Virus record (IMG/VR): IMGVR_UViG_3300021961_011268
Span: 2,085 to 66,084 of that record
From: a virus
Taxonomy: Duplodnaviria; Caudoviricetes
Reading direction: 5' to 3' (one strand)
DNA: 64,000 nucleotides
Shown: positions 57,801 through 64,000 of the stretch, piece by piece
How positions within the stretch are numbered: position 1 is the stretch's first letter
How the letters are laid out: each line of letters starts with the position of its first letter
Notes under the pieces: generated by a model
Seen by the model: the letters and a program-made list of their open reading frames with translations, nothing else
What the model was told of the DNA's origin: nothing
Database searches by the model: none
Translations under genes and position numbers: made by a program

Positions 57801-59916
57801 AATACCTGATTGGGCATTTGATCAAAATGTAACTGTATCAAAATCAAGTATTCCAAAAAATGTTCTTGGTGTTAATTATAATGTTAATAGCGCAATAACT
57901 TCTGTGATCAACGAACGTACTATTAGTAAAACAATCGTTCCGTTTATGAGATCAAGAAAAATATACTTTAAAACATCTGGACTGATACCAAATTCAACAT
58001 ATTTTGCATTCTTTGATGGTATTTCTGTTGCTAATTGGGTAAGAGAAGAAACATTTAGCTTCTTAGCTGATGATGTTGATGATTATGGAGATAAATATGC
58101 AAATGCGACTGCACATCCAGAAGGATCTACAGCGCTTATCGCAGATGCAAGTGGTACTATCGAAGGTTCATTCTTTATACCAAATATTTCATCGATAAAA
58201 TTTAGAACTGGAGCTCGAGAATTTGCACTATTAGATATTAATGTCTATAATAAATCTAATGCACTTTCATATGCAACTGCTCTCTATACTTCAGCAGGAG
58301 CATTACCACCTGGTGAAGTACTAAACACTAAACCGCAAATAAAAACAATTGGTTATTACGATCCAATTGCGCAATCAATATTAATTAATGAAGATAAAGG
58401 ATTCTTTATTACGAAGGTAAGAATCTATTTTGCAAGTAAAGATAGTACACTTCCTGTAAAAGTAACAATACGTCCAATGGTAAATGGACGTCCTTCATCT
58501 TATGACATTATTCCTGGATCAATTGTTTATAAAAATCCATCAGCTGTAAATATTGTTGGAACACAAACAACTGCTGGTGTTCTTGCAGCCGGTACTGATT
58601 TTGAATTTGATGAACCAATATACTTAGAACCTCAAACAGAATATGCAATTTGTGTATCTGCGGAGTCATCTGATTATTCGGTTTATGTTTCTGAAGTAGG
58701 TCAATTTGAACTTGGATCAACAGAAAAAAGAATTACAAGACAACCGAATCTTGGTTCACTTTTCCTTTCTCAAAATGGTACTACTTGGGAATCAAAACAA
58801 ATGCGAGATCTTACTTTTAAAGTATATCGTGCAGATTTTGATACTGCAGGTGGAAATATTATTCTTGAAAATGCTGCATTACCGACTGATCAACTTACTC
58901 TAAATCCTTTCTCTGTTGATTCTGGTGATGCAACAATTACAGTATATCATCCTGGTCATGGTCATGATTCTGGTGAAAGTGTTGTAATTTCAGGTTTAGA
59001 TTCTGCAACCGCATATGCAGGTATTCTTGGATCTTCATTAAATGGTACTCGAACAATTACCGGATATGATTATGATTATTATACCTTTGAAGCGGATTCG
59101 GCTGCAACTTCTTCTGCAGATATTGGTTCTACTCTTATCTCCGCATCAAAGAATATTAAATTTGATGTTGTAAATCCAATTATTGAAACACTTGAACCTA
59201 TTGGAACAAAATTATCAATTGAGGGTAAATTTACAACTGGTACATCAATTGCTGGAACTGAAACAAAGTATCAAAAAGATACATCATTTTCTCCTCTTGC
59301 ATTTAAAGATAATAAAATATTTAAAGCTCCATCATTAATTGCAAATAGTACAAATGAAACTGTCGAACTTGGATCTGGCATTAAATCAACAACCATCCAA
59401 ATACCAATGACAACAACATCTTCATTGGTATCACCAGTAGTTGATATGTCAAGAGCTTCACTTGCTACAGTATCTCATCGTATTGATAAACAAGCAAGTG
59501 TTGCAACAACTGGATTTAATGTTCCATTAAATTATGCTGCTGAAACTGTAGCTGAAAATGGTTCTCATCTGGCTAAACATATTACCACACCTATTATACT
59601 CAATGAAGATGCTGTTGGATTAAAATTGCTTATTTCAGCAAATCGACCTTCAGTTGCTGATTTCCTTGTTTATTATAGAGTAGCAGGTGATGGCGATATA
59701 TTGAAAGATCAAGCTTGGACACTTGTTGATAAAGAAAACGAAATTGCTTCAGACGATAATCCAAAAATCTTCCGTGAATATACTTATCTTGTTGGTGGTG
59801 ATGGTGGAGATCTAGATGCATTTAGCGAATTCCAATTGAAGATCGTAATGAGATCAACGAATAGTTCAAAAGTTCCTACGATTGGAAACTTAAGAGCAAT
59901 TGCGATGGCAGTATAA
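54850..59916 (+). CDS. Large virion structural protein (DUF4815/VrlC-like)
   Basis: YYRILF..GRALQARELTQMQ, APGADR, RTKEESGNY, DPIAQS and GSLFLSQNG.TW motifs. Confidence 0.85.
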   Translation: MTTTYTETLFANTYKDDYADSDNYYRILFNSGRALQARELTQMQTIIQAEIERFGNNIFKDGAAVNPGGPSINAKYEFIKLNTSVNGLPATSIVGNTFTGSGISAKVLEVVAATGSDPATLYVQYTDTSGGTSGSTPIRMTPGDNITDGTNTLTVQTTNTLANPAVGAGVKLSAGPGDFFVQGHFVFFNGGSLIVSKYSPTYTGTVGFKIVQDVVTAGDNSALYDNQGATPNLSAPGADRYRIQLVLIDQADITGTDNFVFFTKIINSEIVDQAKGTDNYNKINDLLALRTKEESGNYIVDQFILKFDEDSAAGDATILKADVSNGIAYVDGYRSEIPAPVTINVNRAQTTTTENNEVVGANYGNYLIVEGADPQGLPNISTFEKWNLQDTTSYGGATIGTARIRSIDNYGTDYKYYLFDIQMNSGQSFRNVKSIGLDSDNWANPILESGKAVLKETNKNNLLFSLPVQRPQSLSDISLEVQRYRTATTDGSGNATITLSATGETFANTNDWLVSVDSSGAFISPSISGSGTQSSTISGAPHNSAIQILTKVNKASGSIRTKTLTETTFTGTVDSDGNGLEIMSLGKADIYEVTRVTSVDSDGIDLSSLFTIDNGQRDNFYAPGKLIVKGNQTPPAGNVFVRFKYFQHGASGDFFAVNSYTGQVSYSNIPNYILADGTIVELRNVLDFRPRQDDTGANFSGATARVNELPSPTDLITTDVTYYLGRKDKLVLYPPTQSRLRSTLDIIEGKPSTEPQYPSTPDGALNLYRIEMNPYTINDSDLSIEKIDATRYTMADIGKIDRKLNKLQEVTSLSLLEADTNNLTILDSAGTNRLKSGFLVDNFANHVYSDTNAIDYRASINLLTKTLHPEIREDNNRLIYDSDLSTNTIKKGDNVYINYTETEAIGQDKVSTTQNLNPFNVIAYNTEIVLSPASDEWKSRENEVPALDIGTPITTPKQKFNYDNVTVNWLGMSDGQLEYHFPNGIPDWAFDQNVTVSKSSIPKNVLGVNYNVNSAITSVINERTISKTIVPFMRSRKIYFKTSGLIPNSTYFAFFDGISVANWVREETFSFLADDVDDYGDKYANATAHPEGSTALIADASGTIEGSFFIPNISSIKFRTGAREFALLDINVYNKSNALSYATALYTSAGALPPGEVLNTKPQIKTIGYYDPIAQSILINEDKGFFITKVRIYFASKDSTLPVKVTIRPMVNGRPSSYDIIPGSIVYKNPSAVNIVGTQTTAGVLAAGTDFEFDEPIYLEPQTEYAICVSAESSDYSVYVSEVGQFELGSTEKRITRQPNLGSLFLSQNGTTWESKQMRDLTFKVYRADFDTAGGNIILENAALPTDQLTLNPFSVDSGDATITVYHPGHGHDSGESVVISGLDSATAYAGILGSSLNGTRTITGYDYDYYTFEADSAATSSADIGSTLISASKNIKFDVVNPIIETLEPIGTKLSIEGKFTTGTSIAGTETKYQKDTSFSPLAFKDNKIFKAPSLIANSTNETVELGSGIKSTTIQIPMTTTSSLVSPVVDMSRASLATVSHRIDKQASVATTGFNVPLNYAAETVAENGSHLAKHITTPIILNEDAVGLKLLISANRPSVADFLVYYRVAGDGDILKDQAWTLVDKENEIASDDNPKIFREYTYLVGGDGGDLDAFSEFQLKIVMRSTNSSKVPTIGNLRAIAMAV

Positions 59917-59917
59917 T

Positions 59918-60145
59918 ATGAGTGATTATGTACAAGTTGAAGGACATTCTGGTCTTGTAAGAGATAAAAGGTCAGGTGCTATTTTGAATATAAATAGCAC
60001 TGATATTGAAAAAGCAAGAAAAGCAAAGGCCTTAAAAAGAAAAAACATATTAAAGAATGAACTATTAGAAACACAAGTACATGATTTACAAAATGAAATT
60101 GTTGAAATAAAAGGTCTACTTAATAAAATTTTAGAGAAACTATAA
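59918..60145 (+). CDS. Small coiled-coil protein of the T4-like structural module
   Basis: VEGHSGLVRD..SGAILN motif and C-terminal heptads. Confidence 0.7.
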   Translation: MSDYVQVEGHSGLVRDKRSGAILNINSTDIEKARKAKALKRKNILKNELLETQVHDLQNEIVEIKGLLNKILEKL

Positions 60146-60510
60146 TGGCAAAAACATTTGTAAACTTAAATGATACCATAGCTACTTGGAGAACACAACA
60201 TAATGATGTCGTTAATCTAATTGGTGATCTTGCTAGTCTTACAACAACCCAAGATTCAGATCTTGTTGGTGCAATTAATGAATTACAAGGTTTTCGTTCA
60301 GGTATTGATTCAGATGTTGGAACAAGAACATCTCTTACAACAACAGATAAATCATCTTTAGTTGCAGCAATTAATGAAATTGATTCAGATCTTGGTACGA
60401 TTAGTTCTTTATCAACAACAGATAAAGCATCTTTAGTTGCAGCAATTAATGAGTTAGAAGGAAGAATTGTAAACGTATATAATAGTTCTGGAACGCTCCT
60501 AAATACTTAA
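60145..60510 (+). CDS. Short fibre-like protein with three L.TT.....LV.AINE repeats
   Basis: LTTTQDSDLVGAINE, LTTTDKSSLVAAINE and LSTTDKASLVAAINE. Confidence 0.75.
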   Translation: MAKTFVNLNDTIATWRTQHNDVVNLIGDLASLTTTQDSDLVGAINELQGFRSGIDSDVGTRTSLTTTDKSSLVAAINEIDSDLGTISSLSTTDKASLVAAINELEGRIVNVYNSSGTLLNT

Positions 60511-60518
60511 GGATATGA

Positions 60519-63254
60519 ATGAGTACGCCAATAAAATTAACTGGTACGGGCGGAGATCTAGAACAATTCACTGTTGCAGAGCAAAATTATCTAGCATATC
60601 AAGCGGCGATACATTTATCCTTATCTGATTCAGATGATGTAGGAGCTTTAGATACTAAAATTGGTGGAAATTTAGTAGGTACATATACTGATACTATATA
60701 TGACCAACCAGTTGGTACTCATCCTGGTGCATCTCTTACTCAATCAACTGCAAATACATCTCTTTACCAAAATACTGGAACTGCACTTGAAAATGGTGGC
60801 GACTTTCATCGTCCTCTTGAATGGAATAATATTGATGTAAGTCCAGCTGGGTTAAAAGAAGTAAACGATACAAATCTTAATACTTTGGTTGATAGACTAC
60901 TTAGTACCGTTTTTACAAATGATTATCCTGGAACTTATCAACTTGGAACATCAGCTCCTTCCGGTGATTATACAAGTTATTTAACAAACATATTTACTGA
61001 TACACGAACAGATGGTACAAATGTAAATTATTCAATATTTAAAAGAACAAGTATGACACCACCTACTCAATATAAAGCTGTAAGGGCAAAAAGAGTAGGT
61101 GGCAATTTTGCTGGCGTACAAGTAATGTCTGAAGCTGAAAGTAGATATACTTTTGGCCAAAGAGCAAAAACAAGAATACTTGCTTCTGGGATTGGCACAT
61201 ATCAATTAAGAAGTTCAGCACAAGGTGCTCCTACAGACCCGGGCACATGGGTATCAAAAGGTATTGCAACTGATACATTACAAGATGTTGCTGATGATGA
61301 TTTTACTCGTACAAGTTTAACTGAATATGCTGTTGATTATACTGGAGATTATACAGGTAACTATATTTCATCCGTTGACTCTACAATAAATAGTACAAGT
61401 GATTTTATTGGTGACTTTACAGGCAATTATGTAGGTAATTATATTGCCTCTGTTGATAGTACAAGTGATAGTACAACTGAATTTGTTGGTGACTTTACTG
61501 GAAACTATGTTGGTAATTATATTGCTTCTGTCAATTATGCAAGCAATTCAACCGTAGATTATGCTGGAGATTATATTGGAAATTATATTACTTCTGTTAA
61601 TTATATTAGTAATAGCACGCAAGATTTTATTGCGGATTATACTGGTAACTATATTTCTTCTGTTGATTATTCAAGTAATAGCACCAGTATTTTTACCGCT
61701 AATTATATTGGTAACTATATTTCTTCTGTAGACTATACATCTACACGTGCTACTGATTTTATTGGTGACTTTACTGGTAATTATATAGGTAACTATATTT
61801 CTTCTGTTGATTATGCATCTATACGTGCTACAGATTTTATTGCGGATTATACTGGTAACTATATTGGTAATTATATAGCATCAGTTGATTATGCATCCAC
61901 ACGTGCTACAGATTTTATTGCGGATTATACTGGTAACTATATTTCTTCTGTTGATTATGCAATAAATTCAACAAGTGATTTTATTGCGGATTATACTGGT
62001 AACTATATTACTGCTGTTGATAGCACAACCAATTCAACTGATACTTTCACTGGTGACTTTACCGGTAATTATATTGGTAACTATATTGCAGATGTTGATA
62101 GTACAAGCAATTCAACTGATACTTTCACTGGTGACTTTACTGGTAATTATATTGGTAACTATATTGCAGATGTTGATAGCACACGAGTAAGTACGAGAGT
62201 AAGTACAAGAACAAGTACGAGAAATAGTGCTGTGTTTACTTTTGACGGATTATTCTATTTTATCGGTAATTATATTGGTAACTATACTGGTAACTATACT
62301 GGTAACTATCTTAGTGCTATAGATTCTACTAGCGATAGCACAAGAAATTCTACTAGCGATTTTATTGCTGATTTCACCGGTAACTATGTTGGTGCTGTTG
62401 ATAGCACAATTGATAGTACAAGCAATTCAACAAGTGATTTTATTGGTGATTTCACAGGTAACTATATTGCATCTGTTGATAGTACGAATAATTCAACTGA
62501 TACTTTCACTGGTGACTTTACTGGTAATTATATTGGTGCTGTTGATAGCACAATCAATTCAACTGATACATTTACAGGCGATTTTGCTGGTAACTATCTT
62601 GGTGCTGTAGATTCTACTATTGATAGCACAAGCAATTCAACTGATACATTTACAGGCGATTTTGCTGGAAATTATATCGGTGCAGTTGATAGTACGATTG
62701 ATAGTACAAGCAATTCAACTGATACATTTACAGGAGATTTTGCTGGTAACTATCTTGGTGCAGTTGATTCAACATCTGATTCGACTGCTGATTTTACTGG
62801 TGATTTTACTGGAAATTATATCGGTGAAGTTGATAGTACGAATAATTCAACTACAACTTTTACAGGTGATTTTACTGGCGATTATATTGGTATTGTTGAT
62901 TCAACAAATAATAGTATAGTTCAATATACCGGTGATTTTATAGGTGATTATATTGGCGCAGTTGATTCAACAATTGATAGCACATCAAATAGTGTTGATA
63001 CATTTATCGCAAATTATATTGGTAACTATATTGGTGCAGTTGATTCAACAATTGATAGTACAAGCAATTCAACTGATACATTTGTTGCCGATTTTACAGG
63101 AAATTATATAAGTGCCGTTGATAGTACCATTAATAGCACTGTAGATTATAGTGGTGGTTATATTGCTGATTATACTGGCAATTATGCGGGTTCTACAATA
63201 CAAAGCAGTAGTTCTATTATTGAAACATATACTCTTTATGTTAGAATTGCATAA
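60519..63254 (+). CDS. Repeat-rich virion fibre-like protein
   Basis: About 600 aa of (D/N)(F/Y)(T/I)G and VDST..NST repeats after a globular N-terminal domain. Confidence 0.7.
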   Translation: MSTPIKLTGTGGDLEQFTVAEQNYLAYQAAIHLSLSDSDDVGALDTKIGGNLVGTYTDTIYDQPVGTHPGASLTQSTANTSLYQNTGTALENGGDFHRPLEWNNIDVSPAGLKEVNDTNLNTLVDRLLSTVFTNDYPGTYQLGTSAPSGDYTSYLTNIFTDTRTDGTNVNYSIFKRTSMTPPTQYKAVRAKRVGGNFAGVQVMSEAESRYTFGQRAKTRILASGIGTYQLRSSAQGAPTDPGTWVSKGIATDTLQDVADDDFTRTSLTEYAVDYTGDYTGNYISSVDSTINSTSDFIGDFTGNYVGNYIASVDSTSDSTTEFVGDFTGNYVGNYIASVNYASNSTVDYAGDYIGNYITSVNYISNSTQDFIADYTGNYISSVDYSSNSTSIFTANYIGNYISSVDYTSTRATDFIGDFTGNYIGNYISSVDYASIRATDFIADYTGNYIGNYIASVDYASTRATDFIADYTGNYISSVDYAINSTSDFIADYTGNYITAVDSTTNSTDTFTGDFTGNYIGNYIADVDSTSNSTDTFTGDFTGNYIGNYIADVDSTRVSTRVSTRTSTRNSAVFTFDGLFYFIGNYIGNYTGNYTGNYLSAIDSTSDSTRNSTSDFIADFTGNYVGAVDSTIDSTSNSTSDFIGDFTGNYIASVDSTNNSTDTFTGDFTGNYIGAVDSTINSTDTFTGDFAGNYLGAVDSTIDSTSNSTDTFTGDFAGNYIGAVDSTIDSTSNSTDTFTGDFAGNYLGAVDSTSDSTADFTGDFTGNYIGEVDSTNNSTTTFTGDFTGDYIGIVDSTNNSIVQYTGDFIGDYIGAVDSTIDSTSNSVDTFIANYIGNYIGAVDSTIDSTSNSTDTFVADFTGNYISAVDSTINSTVDYSGGYIADYTGNYAGSTIQSSSSIIETYTLYVRIA

Positions 63255-63262
63255 TAAAAAAG

Positions 63263-63270
63263 TATAAATA
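63263..63270 (+). promoter_or_regulatory. T4-type late promoter
   Basis: TATAAATA. Confidence 0.7.
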
Positions 63271-63294
63271 GAATAAAATATATTTGGAGTTCAT

Positions 63295-64000
63295 ATGGGT
63301 ACGCCAATAAAATTAAATGGTAGTAGCGGCGATATAAAAGAATTCACTACAAGTGAAGAAAATTATCTTGCGTATCAGCTTGGTCTACGATTAGCTGCTG
63401 CCGCAAAAAATACTCCTGGATCTCTTGATAATATTGCTCGTGGAGGTCAGACTACTGTAGGTACATATACAGATACTTCATTTGATCAAGCAATTGGTAC
63501 TCATCCGCAATCAGGTATTACAACAACAACCGTAAATGTTCCACTTTATCAAAATACTGGTTCAGGAACAGAAACAGGTTCTGGTTTTAAAAGACCCATT
63601 CATTGGAATACTGCTCTTACTCCTGATTCAATACAAGAAATGAATGATACAAATTTCAATTCTTGTATTGATCGATTACTTAGCACCGTATTTACTAATG
63701 ATTATCCTGGAACATTTAAGCTTGCTTCATCAGCTCCTTCTGCTGATTATACTTCAGAAATTAGTAATATATTTAGTGACACAAGAACAGATGGTTCAAT
63801 AGTTAATTATTCTATCTTTAAAAGAAGAACAATGACTGCACCAACTGCCGTTAGATCAATTGCAATTAAAAGAGATGCAGCATCAAGTAAGCCTGATAAT
63901 TATGTTGGTTTACAAGAAATGACAGATGCTGAAATTACGGAAACCTTTGGTGAAAGAGCAAAAACGCGAATCAGTGCAAGTTTAATTGGTACATATCAAT
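63295..64000 (+). CDS. Paralog of the 60519 fibre protein (truncated by the window end)
   Basis: MGTPIKLNGSSGD...NYLAYQ, GTHP, DRLLSTVFTNDYPGT and DTRTDG shared with the previous gene. Confidence 0.85.
   Translation, partial: MGTPIKLNGSSGDIKEFTTSEENYLAYQLGLRLAAAAKNTPGSLDNIARGGQTTVGTYTDTSFDQAIGTHPQSGITTTTVNVPLYQNTGSGTETGSGFKRPIHWNTALTPDSIQEMNDTNFNSCIDRLLSTVFTNDYPGTFKLASSAPSADYTSEISNIFSDTRTDGSIVNYSIFKRRTMTAPTAVRSIAIKRDAASSKPDNYVGLQEMTDAEITETFGERAKTRISASLIGTYQ

Noticed and set aside
61975-62919. Leu/Ile/Val-rich alternate-frame ORFs
   Set aside because: Frame artefacts of the repetitive fibre gene.
61330-63200. CRISPR array or ice-nucleation protein
   Set aside because: Repeats are degenerate, in-frame and lack unique spacers; they do not match the AGYGST periodicity of ice-nucleation proteins.
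1-64000. Stop-codon reassignment, tRNA genes
   Set aside because: Core genes are full length under the standard code, and no cloverleaf-like sequence was seen in the short intergenic gaps.

Overview
AT-rich (roughly 30% GC by eye) fragment of a T4-like myophage genome, probably marine, with a Gram-negative host (it has a two-component spanin). In order, the window holds: a lysis/spanin cluster; nrdA and a Grx-nrdB fusion; rnh, a DenV-like glycosylase, lysozyme and an exonuclease; a ~16 kb glycan-biosynthesis island (kdsA, kdsB, cupin, radical SAM, methyltransferases, GT25/GT8/CstII-like transferases, and a RuBisCO-like protein with a nucleotidyltransferase); a late-promoter curli-type operon (csgF, csgG, two curlin-like proteins, FecR, CHASE2 adenylate cyclase); genes 33 and 32 with no gene 59 between them; and the baseplate/tail module (29-like, 51/26, 54, 2, 4, 48, 53, 27-like, split 5, 25, 6, 7, 8, DUF4815, repeat fibres). 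Best leads: (1) a possible virion O-glycosylation system, inferred from a D-S-[D/A/G/N/T] motif enriched in outer baseplate and fibre proteins plus CMP-Kdo synthesis and a CstII/Maf-like transferase; (2) a form IV RuBisCO-like enzyme in a sugar-nucleotide operon; (3) a curli pore coupled to FecR and a CHASE2 cyclase; (4) a candidate -1 frameshift joining gp26 to a gp51-like ORF; (5) three apparently dead peptidoglycan-hydrolase domains in the gp5 region; (6) four dispersed early-promoter cassettes with a helically phased operator. All calls come from motif recognition by eye; no searches were run. No tRNA, rRNA or CRISPR array was seen.
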